NCBI GenBank assembly: GCA_050230475.1
Contig: JBFLGF010000005.1
Span: forward strand, 1 to 64,000
Reading direction: 5' to 3'
Length of the DNA stretch: 64,000 nucleotides
Origin: Ancylonema sp.
Taxonomy: Eukaryota
Shown one piece after another: positions 25,901 through 39,364 of the stretch (its first letter is position 1; every line of letters starts with the position of its first letter). The translations under genes were made by a program, and so were the position numbers. Under the pieces are notes generated by a model, which saw nothing but the letters and a program-made list of their open reading frames with translations, did not search any database and had not been told where the DNA came from.

Positions 25901-27114
25901 GCTGCTCTGCTTCCGCACCCTCCAGCGATTCACTGCAGCCACTTTGGAGCACGGGATGCACCCCCCCATGAGCCCAAAGCCCGAGTGGAGGGTGCTCATG
26001 GACTCCATGTGCACCGTGGCCACCAAAGAGTACCGCGACATGGTGTTCAATGAACCCACTTTTGTGCACTACTTCCGGTCCGCCACCCCAGAGCAGGAGT
26101 ACGGGCGCATGAACCTTGGCAGCCGCCCCACGAAACGACAGGCCTCGGGGGGGATCGAGTCCCTCCGCGCCATCCCCTGGATCTTTGCCTGGACGCAGAC
26201 GAGGTTCCATCTGCCTGTGTGGCTGGGGTTCGGGGCCGCACTGAAGCACGCCCTGGAGTCGGACCCAGGGAACCTGGAGGTGCTGAGGGACATGTACGGA
26301 CAGTGGCCCTTTTTCCGCGTCACCATCGACCTCATCGAGATGGGGTTCGCCAAGGCGGATCCACGTGTGGCCTCCATGTACGACCGCCTGCTGGTGGACG
26401 ATGAGCTGAGGTCGTTTGGGGAGAAGCTGAGGGTGAAGTACGAGGAGAGCAAGCTGTTGGTGCTCCAGGTGGCGGGGCATAAGGCCATCTTGGAGGGGAC
26501 CCCAACGCTGAGGCAGCGACTGGACATAAGGGAGCCGTACATCACACCACTCAACGTGCAGGTACGGGTTTCTAGGGACGGAGGCTTGAGGATTGAGGCT
26601 TCATTAGTGCCATCGTTTGACGGACTTGCAGAGAAAGAAGCCCCTCACTCTTTATGTTTCTTCCCCACATACTTTTTCCATATTAGTTTCATTTCCATCT
26701 ACAAAAAGATTTCAATCACTGCTGGGATTTGTTTCAAAGTTTTGGGCTTTCCGTTTGTCACTCCAACCGTGGCTTGCGTTCAGACTCCGGGAGTGACGGG
26801 AACATGTCTGTCAGATAACAAACCAGACCTTGCATGCTCTTCCCATCCGCTTGTATGCCAACCCCCTTGTTCATCCTGGTCCCCCCCCAACCCCCATGCA
26901 GCAAGCGTACACGCTAAAGAAGATGTGGGAGGGGCAGGCGAGCACACCCAAGCCCACGTCTGCAGACGCAGAGGGCGAGAAGAAGCTCCCCCCCACCAAG
27001 TCCTCGGGAGACGTCACCTCTCTGAACCCCACCACCGCATACGCCCCCGGGCGGGAAGACACGCTCATCATCACCATGAAGGGGATTGCCGCGGGAATGC
27101 AGAATACGGGATGA
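22994..27114 (+). CDS. PPC: Plant-type phosphoenolpyruvate carboxylase; exons about 22994-23230, 23385-23541, 23808-24039, 24321-24733, 24840-26561, 26902-27114
   Basis: 'VLTAHPTQ', '[10 protein letters not shown]', '[15 protein letters not shown]', '[14 protein letters not shown]', '[22 protein letters not shown]', C-terminal '[13 protein letters not shown]' (QNTG marks plant type). Confidence 0.97.
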
Positions 27115-30100
27115 ACAATTTTTGTATGCGACGGGCGGGGGGACTAGTTTTATCCAGACCGTTTTACCGTTTTACCGATTGAGGTTCAGTCCCATTTGTG
27201 TTGCTGCAACAGAAGGGGAGGGAATTGGGGCAGCTGCGGCTGGCTTAGACGGCAGTTTAAAGGTGCAGGTGGCGACGCTTAGTGATCTGTATCTTTATTA
27301 AAATAGATATTGGGAGTCATTTTTTCTAACTTCATACATGTGCGGCGTAGAGAAGTATCCAGCTAGTTGACCGAATGGGTAAAACACGTTCCATCAACTC
27401 TCAGAATGTGCATGTTGCGTTTGTCTCCATCTTGTAACAGCGTTTCCTTTTGGGTTGGATCATGAGAGTGGAATTACTGATGATAATCACTGATTGCATG
27501 TGTTTCCTCTACAAAGCCCAAACACACTCCCACGTCGTTGTCGTCATTGACGACACCCATTCAAAACTTGTGTATGCGTGTTTAACAAGCGTCCGGGTCA
27601 GTAATCGGGTGCTCGCTCTGTGGCTAATGGACGTCAACAACATGTCGGAATCCTTATATTGTGTGGATAGATACTCCTCGATAATTACACCCCCATTTCA
27701 TGTTTTGCTTTTAATTTGCTGTGAGGAATCTGAACTTTGGGAAACTACGACTTGATCAAGCACATCACATCTTCTGCAATTCTACTTTAATAAATTCACA
27801 ACATGTATGGTACTAAATACATGGTACACGATATTGGTCCATTCCATGGATGGTCTTTACATATACCGGTTTAGCTTGAGTAGACACTTGGTGTAACTCG
27901 CGCTACAATATAAACTTACTAGTACTACTAGAAATTTCGAGTACTCAAGAGTACTCAAGACTTCGGACTTCAAACTCCGACTTATTGTTTAGCTTACATT
28001 TTGTGTGCTCCCTTGTATCACTGATGGATGTGTATGAGGTGTATGCTTGCATAAACATAGTTACTAAACTAGTGCATTTCAGTGTGTTCGGATCCGTTGA
28101 CATAGCGTCAAGAGACCCCTCGTATCATTCACACGGGAGTCATACACGACACAAGACTTCGAGTAATATCATGTAAGACATTTCAATATTGCTAATCATT
28201 TAGTTTGATAACCAGGGGAGAAAGGGGCCAAAACGCCGCATCATGGAAAGAATTCAAGAAAACACTATCAACATTTCTGAAAACCATTTGAGCTCTTAAA
28301 TGTGTCGCAACACTAAACCATAAACCCCTATGCATGCACCCTATCTGACATTTTCCGTTTCTAGAAACGCGGTCTCCCCGGGTTTGGAGTCGAGCCTCAC
28401 GATCCTTGCGGTTCATTTGACGATACACACTTGATTTGAATTTATACGCTTCTAATAATACGTATTGTTCACACATGATGATCCGGTTATACGGTCCGGT
28501 TAAAAATGATCCGGTTAAAAAGTATAGATGCAAAATACATAATGCCCCCCCAATTGGCTCACCCGCGCACCCAATAGAAGAGTTCCCACATTCCTGGATT
28601 TTATTATTATTAATGACCCGCATTTAGGATGACCCGCCATTTCACCATTTTTCCGATTTATGACCCACCCTTTTTGGAATTGCTTTCTGGTCATTATGTT
28701 TGAACGGCACGGTTTGTGTTTGATACGTGTAAAAAAAACACCAAAATATTTATACCAATCCTTTTTTTTGCAAGATGCATACAATTTTGTTGACAATAAA
28801 TGAACACTCATGATATTGTTTGTTGATTGTCACCCAGGAGATCGAGAATCCTTACACTAAGTATACGCACCTATATTTTGGAGAGCATGAAAATTAGATG
28901 AATAGGTCAATACTACATGATATTTGAAAACGGACGGAAGTAGTCAAACTCGAGAAAAATAACAAAAATAAAAAAACACACTCGGCAATTGCACCATCTC
29001 TTGAAGGTAGACCGGTTTTCATCCATTCTTGACCCCTTTCTATGTTTTGGAATTTTTTAAATGTTAAACGAAACAAAAGTCTGCACGAACTGAAAATGGT
29101 GGAGTCTTTTCTCTTTGAGAAATTAAATAACTCATGAAACATTACACAAGTTTGTCGGTACGAGCTTCCAAGCTCCTAGGCCTCACCTAAGCCCGTATGC
29201 GTGTGATTCGAGTGCTAATTATTCGGGTGCAGAATTCTCGACATTGGTTCTAACCCTCCTAACATTCATGCGATCCAATCCATTGAACATCAATAAAAAA
29301 AACTTCTGGAATCAACGGCCTGGATCATTTGACTCATTTGATTTGATTTGATTTGGCATATTTCGGTTGTCCCCGTGCATACGTTTCTTAAACAAATATG
29401 TTGATACATTTTTCGAAATGTATAGAGTGCACTATCATACACGTTGTATCCGATCTACACTCGATTTTGCGATGCAGACTCGATTGGATCGTCATGAAAT
29501 TGGGCGCCATGGTTTCATTAGACTTCGAAATGTTACATGATAAACAAAGCTACTCGTATTGGCACGCAAAGACGGCAAACCAAAATACCCCTTCGGAATC
29601 AAGGCCCTAATTACAATAGTATAATAAGGCTACTTCGAGGAAGCATCTTCAAACCCCTAGAAGTAGTAAGTCAATTAAAGGGAAATTTCCCACCCCACCT
29701 TGTCAATTCAGGGCTTAAATTGCTTTGCCGATTGTTGTTGTTGTGTGTGTGTCTTTTTTTTTTTTTTTTTTTTTTTAATGAACCGCCCGACCAATACATA
29801 GAGACGAGTGACGTGTCACCACTTCGGATAGTGTAGAAGGACGCCGGAAAAGTGAAATCGGCATATGAGGGATTTCTTGAGTTCAATCTGGTGCATATTT
29901 TTATTATAACTATTTTAAAAATGTCATCACTTTCCGTGCACACCAGTTTGCGTAGGTACGTCACGCTCCTCTGTCCACGTTCGTGATTCTAGATGAGAAG
30001 AAAAATGTCAATGTGTGAAGAAGTATGGCAATGGACTCCTTTATTGAATGATCACGCATTTAGCGATGTCTTCAACCGTTCTCGCTTTGCTAGTCACTTT

Positions 30101-31390
30101 GATGCTTTTGATTTTTTTCTTTATTTTAGACACTATGCGCTGATTTATCCTTCCAAGCTGTCCAAATGTATGATACACGTAAAGAGATGTTGAGAAAAAA
30201 ATACGTTATCGGTAATCAAAATGACGTAGACGATCATACATGAATGTTGAAGTGAATGTGGTTGTTCACTGGCTCCTAAGAAGGTGGTGAGACCCGCTTT
30301 GTTAATATTTTCGAAGATTTGTTTAAAAAACACAACGCATTGGAATGCCAAGTTTTTAGGGGCACCATTGCTACCGAAACTACCGAAAGGCGCCAAAAAC
30401 ATGTAAACCTTGACACTTTAGCAAGCTAGGGGTATCCCCTAATTAGAGTTAGGGGCTTTCAATTTAAACCCCGAGAGACAAGCCTAGGGCTTGAATGGTG
30501 CTCCCTGCCTCTGGCCTAAAAGGGTCAATCGTGCCGATGGCACAATTGACCCTTTTGGGTCCAATCCGGTCCGGAATCGGGACCGGGGGGAAAAACATAC
30601 GATGCAAAGTTTGCCTTGAGTCATGACAATAGGGAATTTGGGACCCCCAATTTTTGGAAAAAAGTAATGTGGCGGTATAAACAAGTTTGAGAGCTCATAC
30701 TTGTCGCGCCTATATTATCACGCCAAATACATGATTCATTGAATATGCCTTAGTGACGCCCTTGAAATACATTACCGTTCATTTTCGTTGTGGCTAAATT
30801 ACAAATGACCTTCACGAAGTTAAACTGACTAGATTTAACACTACCACGTCAGAGAGGCACACACGATGCAAACTTTGCCTTTCCCTTGCGAAACACAGCC
30901 CTTCGCGACTCTAGTCACCGTCTCGGCCGTATTCGGAGTCGCCCGTGCGACACGTGCGAGCCGTACTTTATAACGGCTTCGGTTGTTGGTGCGTTGTTTG
31001 CGGGGTGCAGTAGCGCGGTTGGTATTCGTTCGCGGTAGAGCGAATGCCAACGGGTTGATTGTGTTCGTTATAACGATCGAAGGGACGCCCGCTCTCAAAT
31101 TCGCTAGCTCATTTCCCAGATACGGACCCATGGCCTCATGAGCTCGTGCTCCTCTGGAATTGAAAGTTGCTGTGACGCCATAGATCCCGTCCTGCGCATC
31201 GTGACGCCAAAGCTCCCGTTTTGGACTGATGACAGTTCGGCAGACATTTTTGAACGCTTGACATGACATGACTAGACACGTCCATGCCCTTGGATGCTTG
31301 AAAAGATTACATTGTCGGTTTAGCTGCTCCGATTTTGACAGTCGACACACGTGCGAGTAATGACTCTTTAGCCGGCATCGTCCATGAGAA

Positions 31391-33422
31391 ATGGCCTTGA
31401 AGCGATGGCTGGAGGGCAGAACTTCATATTTTCATAATCAGCATTTGCGGTACGCCATGGGTTTAGAGGGCGGCATTTTAATCGTAGTCCTCATTTTGTT
31501 TGGCCTAGCTCCCTTCTCCACATCCATCATTTCTCCATTTTTAGGAGGCGGAGCGGAGTCTGCGTTAAGGATCCAGCCTTCGGTGGTCCAAAGTCACAGG
31601 TGTGGGGCCCGCACACTTGAGCAAGTGGGGCAAGTGGAGGAGATACCGGAGTGGACAAACGATACAACCTCTTATGATGGTGCGTGCCCGTCGACCTTCC
31701 TTCATCTAAATTTGGCTGTCGTAATGACAACGACACGTCATACAGTTCTGAAATCTAGAGCTCCAGTATCTTGAGGCTCGATGAAAAGAAAATCAGTTCT
31801 TCTTCGTATGGTAGGATAACTTCTCTCGAGCCTTGAGATTAGAAACTTCATTGACATCCTTCTTGAACGGCGATAAAGTATATGGAAACAAAGCGAAACT
31901 GTGAAGGTTGTATACTTGATTCAGTCAAAGGGAGATCAGATGAGGGAATGGTGGTTCTCTCTATAGTGGGACTCAGAAAACGTGCTCTGCAAAGTTTCCA
32001 CTAATTTTTGGATTGATCGATAATCAGGGTGGGTCGTTGTAAGACATCATTGAGGGTTCAGGTCGTGCTTCTCATACGGTGCAAGAATTTACGGTTAGCA
32101 GTCAGTTACATACCCCCGTTTTTTTTTTTTTTTTTTCCCTGGGCCCAACACGGAGTGAATGACAGCAGAAAGTTATGGCCGTGAGTGTGTGATTAATATC
32201 TGGGTGGACCTTGCCACGAGCTGCGCCTCATCCCTGTCGCCGTCCTCTTGCAGAAGTAGACACCAGCATCCTGGTCGCGGATCCGGTGGGCCGCATCAAG
32301 GTGTACGTCTACGACATGCCTCCCAAGTACAACAAGAAGCTCATCAAACGCGACCCCCGCTGCCTCACGCACATGTTCGCGACCGAAATGATTTTCCATC
32401 GCAACATCCTGAAGAGCGCCGTTCGCACCATGAACCCAGAGGAAGCAGACTGGTTCTACGCTCCCATATACGCCACCTGCGACCTCACCCCCCACGGGCT
32501 CCCCCTCCCCTTCCGCTCCCCCCGCATGATGCGCGCGGCCATCACGTACATCTCCTACCTATGGCCGTACTGGAATCGTACGGAGGGCGCTGACCACTTC
32601 TTCATCGTGCCACATGACTTTGGGGCGTGCTTTCACTACCAGGAGGAGAAGGCAGTGGAACGAGGGATTCTGCCACTGCTCAGCCGCGCCACGCTGGTGC
32701 AAACGTTTGGGCAGAAGAACCATGTGTGTCTCAAGGAGGGGTCGATCGTAGTGCCCCCCTACGCGCCCCCCCAAAAGATGCAGAGCCGCCTCATCGAGCC
32801 TGGGACGCCCAGAGGGACCTTTGTCTACTTCCGGGGTCTCTTTTTCGACAAGAACAACGATCCCGAAGGGGGGTACTACGCCAGGGGGGCTCGTGCCTCT
32901 GTGTGGGAGAACTTCAAAGACAACCCCCTGTTCGACATCAGCGCCTCCCACCCCGCCTCCTACTACGAGGACATGCAGCGCTCCGTGTTTTGCCTCTGCC
33001 CTCTGGGGTGGGCCCCGTGGTCGCCGCGGATTGTGGAGTCCCTCGTGTTCGGATGCATCCCGGTCATCATCGCGGACGACATCGTGCTGCCGTTTGCGGA
33101 CGCCATCCCGTGGAATGACATTGCCGTGTTTGTGCCCGAAAAGGACGTTCCGGAACTAGACCACATCCTGACGGCCATCAGTCCCCGCCGCATTCTGGCC
33201 ATGCAGCGCAAACTGGCCACCCCTGCGGTGAAGCAGGCCATGCTGTTCCCCCAGCCGACCCAGCCGGGGGACGCGTGCTATCAGGTGTTAAATACGCTGG
33301 CCAGGAAGTTGCCACACCCCAAATCTGCGTTTGTGAAAATTGGGGATCATTTGCTGGACTGGAACGCAGGGCCAGGCCCTGATCTTAAACCATGGAAACC
33401 AGATTCGTCCATTTTCTGGTAG
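31391..33422 (+). CDS. IRX10: GT47 xylan beta-1,4-xylosyltransferase, IRX10/IRX10L/XYS1 type; exons 31391-31681, 32254-33422
   Basis: N-terminal type II TM, then 'DPVGRIKVYVYDMPPKYNKK..DPRCLTHMFATE', 'WPYWNRTEGADHFF..PHDFGACFHYQEEKA..RGI', 'DPEGGYYARGARA', 'FCLCPLGWAPWSPR', 'LARKLPH...DLKPW'. Confidence 0.95.
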
Positions 33423-34343
33423 CACATGTTGAATAGTCCTCACTACATCATGCACAAAAGTGTTCCCTTTCTATGTTCATTGTGTATGTACTTCAATAAA
33501 CCCGAGCCTCTAGCGGTCGTATACCTATTTTATTTGTACTCGTAGAGCTCATCGACATAGGCATACGGTAGTCAAATCCAGCGTGCCGCGGAAAAAGCTG
33601 GCGAATTCATTGTTATTGTGTACACTTGCAAGTACAAGCATTCGTCACCGCTTACAATAATCTAGAACCTTGAAATAGTAATTGTCCTCTTCATCCTGAG
33701 ATGTTAGTCCTTGTCTTAAAATATCCGCCAACAGCAATGCGATCCCTTGCTATATGCAATCAACTTATTCATGTTCACACTCTCACATGTGGTGCTTCAC
33801 ATTTTTAAGGCTTGGCCGACCACAACGACTATTTTGTGATCTCACATAATATTTTGCGGCCATAAGTACTAGGTCAATTCCGGGAGGCCAGAATAATCGA
33901 TGGCGTGGACTCCACACTGTGTAGCATACTGCGTGTATGTTTTGTTTTGTCATGGTCATATATCATATGAGAAACGTGAATGTCTTGTTTGGGAAACGTG
34001 ATCGGATTCGGACGTGTTTTGCACGTATCTTGCACGTGTCCGTACATGTTGTCCGAGGAACTCGGGCAAGGTAACATACTATCCCAAGGATTTTACGACT
34101 TTTTTTCGTCCCGGCCCTGCGATCAATCGGACAACCAAGTTTTGCACCGGATATCCGGGTTAAGTTGATCAAGGTTGAGGTTGGAATCTCACGAGTAGCC
34201 TTCAGTTCTAGTTAACAGTTAGCAACGACATTCAAATTTTCGCTTTAAATTTATTGTCAAATTAAACAAGTTTGGGATATGAACTTGTTTATTTTCAAAA
34301 AGAATTTCGGAACGCGTCGAGAAAACTTCCGGACCATGTCGGG

Positions 34344-34705
34344 CATAATCGCACTAACCGGCAGACCCAGGTTCTTAGGTCCCGGTTCCGGACCGGGGTC
34401 CGTCCTTTTAGGTCAAAATGCTGGACCGGCGGCACTAGGATACTTTCGGTTTTTCTTTCGGGGTTCTAAAAGGATTATAGTGGGAAAAAGATCAAGAAAA
34501 GCCTATTTTGTCTATCATTTTGGCTTGTGAATCATGCAAAAATGAAAAATGTATTGCTTCAAATTTCCCCGACATGTCCATTTCCTCCCGAAAATTGACA
34601 TAGAGAGAAAACACTCTTAAAGATCCCCGGTCCGACCGGGTCTCGACTCCGGACCCGGTCCGACCAAGGTCCCAAAAAACAATCTTGTTGTTCCATGCAA
34701 CTACG
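34344..34705. mobile_element. hAT MITE, inverted relative of 11983-12371
   Basis: Decayed TIRs CATAATCGCAC / ATGCAACTACG. TSD atgtcggg/atctcggg. Internal segments are reverse complements of the 11983 element. Confidence 0.8.
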
Positions 34706-37691
34706 ATCTCGGGTCATGATGTGCATATGGTTAATTATTTGCAATAAAGCTGCTCGTGTATTTTATTAGTAGTGTGCATCGGTTTTCTGACGTCATCCTT
34801 TTTTGTTTTCATTGATTGCTTGAAGTGTCGCTTGACCAACGTCAGAACTATTTTGAGTTCTTAACTTGGTTGTTTGACTTTTTTGTTTGCTCGGGTTGTC
34901 ATTCTGCAAACTTTCGGTGACACTCTTTCTTAGCTTGCCTTCAAATTGCTTGTTGCTATCGCTCTCACTGGGCTAGTTGTTTTGTTTCTTGTATCCATTC
35001 GTTGTCGCTCTTCTTAAGCCAATTTGTCTTTGTGAAATCCTATCGACTTGCTGACGCTCTCAGTGGTCCAACTTTTTTATCCAATAGTACATGTCCGTTG
35101 TTGCTCTCACTGGGCAAGCTATTGTTTGTTATTCACAGCGTTTCGATTTAATTTCATGACAACTCGTAAAGAGAACTCTATCACATGAAACTTACCCTTC
35201 AAGGTGGCGACTTAACCTCTCTGACACTATTGCTTTCCTTAACTTCAAAATATATTTTTACAAGACTTGTGTGTTTTTTGTTAAACATCGCTGACTCGCA
35301 TCCAGCGTTGTCTAGTCATCTAACACCGAAACGTTGAGACGTGTCGCAAGTGACGACAACATCGATACCCCGCGCATACTCATTCTACAACCCCACTTAG
35401 TGGAAGTATCCGAGCACAAGATATAACCACAGAGTATACACCAGGCCAACCAATAATCAATACTGGGGCCCCAATTATTATAAAGAGTTATAATCATAGT
35501 CATCAATTTAGAAAGGTCTTCATCCTCATCAAGTCCAAGAGTACAATAATTGAAAAGTTCGAGAATGCAAATCATCAATTTGAGCGGCCGACTTCAAACC
35601 GCACGTCTCTACTCTTGTACGACCCACATTTCGGGATTTTACCCCGCAACCATCTATGTCTCCTTACAACTGTCTTGAATGCATTGCATGATATTGCTAG
35701 CGGTGCACTGAATACAAACTGGCTCAAATTATCTCCATAGCCCGATAGACCGCTCGCCTACCGCGCGTATAGGCACCCGACGGCATTCCTTTAAGTGGAT
35801 AGTAGTAAATTTGAATTGGTATATGCTAGCTTGTCTTGCTAAGTATGCGTGTGTGTGTGGTGTTGGTGTGATGTGTTGTTCTTATATTGCATATCTTGCG
35901 TCTATGTTGTACATTACGTGGACGGGTATCGTCCGCACATGTCCGCATGTGTCCTTAGCATGTTTTGAAGTGTACCTTGCTAGGCACACGTGCGAGTATG
36001 ACGTCATCGATAGTTATATATACGTCACACGATCCGACTCTTTATCACCTACATTTCAACCAACTTTCTCCGCCCGCGACTGGAAAACCTCTATTCAATT
36101 TTGGGTCCTTAAGAGACTTGCAATCGCGCCAAACCAGATCCGGTTTCGAAAAGTAATTCCAAAGTTTCGGAACCGGAGAGGATATATATTTTTTGGTTCC
36201 GTAGTGGTTCATCATGTCAATGTTTAAAACCAAATCTTTCTCTTCAATCAAGTGTGTGTGAAGGAGTGCATGTTTGAGAACTTATACAACATCAAAATTT
36301 TACCCAAATCAAAATAATTCACGTGACACTGCTTTGTTTAGCAATCAAAAACTTCGAGCCTACAAATCAAAAACTCCTTAACTTCTACAATAATAATCTA
36401 TTTGTGAAAAACCGCATGTGAAGAGATTCAAGAACGATAAAGCACTTCACTGATATGAATCATTCATGTAGAAAAAAACGAGGGCAACAAATTTTTGTTT
36501 AGAATGTATAGTTTGCAACAACATCATTCGTGAATCAAAATGTTGTGTCATTCGTTACAAAACATTGGCCAAGTTATTATTATACAAAAAACGGGGGGGG
36601 GAGAAAGAAGCCTCATCAAATTCTTTCAGCTCTTCGTATGCCTTCATTCATTTCAATAGATCCGTCTTCACCTCCTGCCTCTTTTTGCACGATACACCAC
36701 CACTTTTTTTTTCATAGCTACAAGTTCTAATTTTTATTTTACTTCTCGAATGATAAAATTCCGTCTTTCACTGTTGTATTTTTGACTTCACCAACGGTTC
36801 CACGTGGTTTTCGAGCCGTGGTTCCTGAATTTCAAGACCTAGTTCGAAGCACGTATGGTTCGGGTCGGACCCGAAGTTCGGGTCCCCCTCCGCTTGCGGT
36901 ATTTGCGAGCCCGGCTCCGAGCCGGCGCGCGTCCGCGAGCCGCCTGGCAAAAACGAAACATCGAATGCGACTAAGTAAAAATCCTTCTCTGCCAAGCAGG
37001 TAGTTACTAGTTACCGATACTTCGGGCAGTACGTCCCCTAACATAGTAACCATATTCTGATGGTTACTAGAGAGATTGTGTTCGTATTTTTTTTGGCAAC
37101 TGAAAGATTCTGTACCGAATCTCGAGAATCTTCTGACATTCCGGGACTCGGACGACATCTGGGGGAGGGACGGGGCGGTGAACAACGCTCACTCGTCAGA
37201 TGCGGGAATTATTCAAAAACTGACAGATTCTGTGGCCCAAACGACAAACTGAATCTATGAGTGTCACACATTACGATGGAACGGGAGGACAACGATCGTA
37301 CGGAAAATTACGATGAACGGGAGACGTGCCAAACGACAAAATTGTAGTTAGCAAACGACAAGGGGGAATTGTGAACGGGGACGGGATAATGACGGGATAC
37401 AGTGACGGGACACGGTGTTATGAAACAGTATTACGCAGGCATGATAGTCCACCGCTTAGCGGGGGCCGGGGCTACCTTTTGTTTTTTTCCTATGGGTCCC
37501 GCTCCGCTCGCGGATTTTGCGAGCCCGGCTTCGAGCCGGCGCGCGCGCGCTCCGGCTCCGAACCGGCGCGCATATTTTCCGGCTCGGGGACCCACTATAA
37601 GTTCGGGACCAATGTTGTCAAACTGATGGTCGGAACTCAACCCCAATTTAGATATTTTCACAGTTGCCAAATTACTTGCTACACCCTGACC

Positions 37692-38948
37692 TAGTGATGC
37701 GCTCCCCCGTTTGAAATGAAAAGGGGAAGGGGGACTCCGTCCACCACCCGCGTACCGTAGTGGCCATACATAATGACCCGGGATTTAAAAAACGAATTAA
37801 TTTAGCCAAGAAATCACCACTTGACCCCCCGCGCACCGAATAGAAAATTCCCCAAAATCCTGAAAAAAATATTTATGAACTGGTGACCCACATTATAGAA
37901 TGACCCATTTTTTTCACAAATTGAATTATATAATTTGACCCGACCCACCCTTTTCATAATTATTTGAGGGTCATTGTGTGTGGCGAGTACGGTATACGGG
38001 AGGGCATCTGCGGTTGGGGGTATCCCAGCCGCATCGGTTGCATACGGGGGACACGGGGGTCAACGAGTTAAACAGGGGACCAATCTGGCGACATGAGGGG
38101 GAAACGGGGGAAAACGGGGGGCACAGTGGATGATAGTTGGCCGCGCACTGTTCGGGACATTGTGCACGCGTGCCGCACGCGTGCAGCATCAGGACAATTT
38201 CAGTAATCGAATTTCGGACGTCGAAATTCGGCGTAGTAGTCTGTGAGTTTTTAGGGGCTGTGAACTTTTGTCGTTGTATCGATTTTAGCAATACCGGGAA
38301 TTTAGCTGTAGTTTTGTTGTTATTCAGCAAATGCAGGCTGCAGGCAGGCTGCAGGCCGATGACCTTGTTTCAATGATTACTTGGCCATCTGGCACAAGTG
38401 TCGATAAGAACTAGTTGATGTGGCAGAATGCTTAGATATGATTGGCAATTGACGAAGTAGTTTCGGTACCAATAGATTCTTTGACCAGGCAACAATCGAC
38501 TGTACTAGGTCTCAGCTTGTATGCTGAATTCTGTAATCAGACTTTTCTACTTCAAACTTGCACTTTTGTTGTGTCAACGTTTGTAATGACGTGATCTGTC
38601 GATTCAAGAGTTGTCTGAGAGAATTGTGCTTTATTCTTGCATTGATGGCAGAAGAAAGCACTAACATAGTAAATACTGACCATTTCACAGTGTAGGTATA
38701 TCGATATTACGTCTCACGCCTATACTGCCACCGTTGTAGCCGGTTTACCGATTTCCCCCCAGACTCCCCCATGTCCCCCGTTTGCCCCGTTACCACCGTT
38801 GCCTCCCCCACATCTCCTAACTCCCTCGGTTTCCCCAGCCTGCGGTTGCGTCTCTCGCATTCCCCTGTAATTTGAGAAGAAGGGGACGGGGGAATCTCCA
38901 AGGGGACGGGGGACGGGGGATCCGGAAAAAACGGGGAGCGCATCCCTA
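37692..38948. mobile_element. Ds-like hAT non-autonomous element (1257 bp)
   Basis: TIRs TAGTGATGCGCTCCCC / GGGGAGCGCATCCCTA. TSD ccctgacc/ccctaacc. ACGGGG/CCCCGT subterminal repeats. Confidence 0.85.
37755..37992. mobile_element. Tc1/mariner-like MITE nested in the 37692-38948 hAT element
   Basis: TIRs CCGTAGTGGCCATACATAATGACCC / GGGTCATTGTGTGTGGCGAGTACGG with TA on both sides. Other copies at 63216-63459 and about 63497-63730; fragments at about 20235, 28535 and 59040. Confidence 0.85.
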
Positions 38949-39364
38949 CCCTAACCACAAGTTTGTTATTATTACAACAAACAAAAAATGCCATGCAAAT
39001 TGCATGTCTGTAAAATATGTAGGGATGTGTACGAGTTTGTCATTGTGGGGCACATCCGCGCCAAATTTCAAACATTCACCTTTCACAAAGCCGACTCTTA
39101 AATTGCCCAAGGTCAAACATTTATGAGCGTGAGCCTTTAATAACTAGAGGTCCAGGGAGAAGCCACACACCCGGGTGAAGGATTGTCATGTCAACCTTTT
39201 GTTGACATAAAAGTTGGAAGAATTTTCCAGAAACTACTCTCGATTGTTATGCTTTCTTCGCGGTCCAACCACCTGCAACATAAATAGTCCATTCGTGGAC
39301 TGCGATGTATGTACACAATCAGAAAACAAAGCGGAGAGTAAGGTGTCCTTCCCTATTCTTCTTA

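Noticed and set aside
26150..26230. C4-type PEPC
   Set aside because: The diagnostic position is Ala (PWIFAWTQ), not Ser, and the malate-sensitivity Arg is retained.
24699..26480. 593-aa antisense ORF, and similar long antisense ORFs over UTP20 and IRX10
   Set aside because: Shadow ORFs of GC-rich coding exons, with no recognisable motifs.
29600..30486. Third Ac-like element (subterminal similarity at 30350-30480)
   Set aside because: Only partial similarity; no matching left TIR or TSD found, so boundaries are unsupported.
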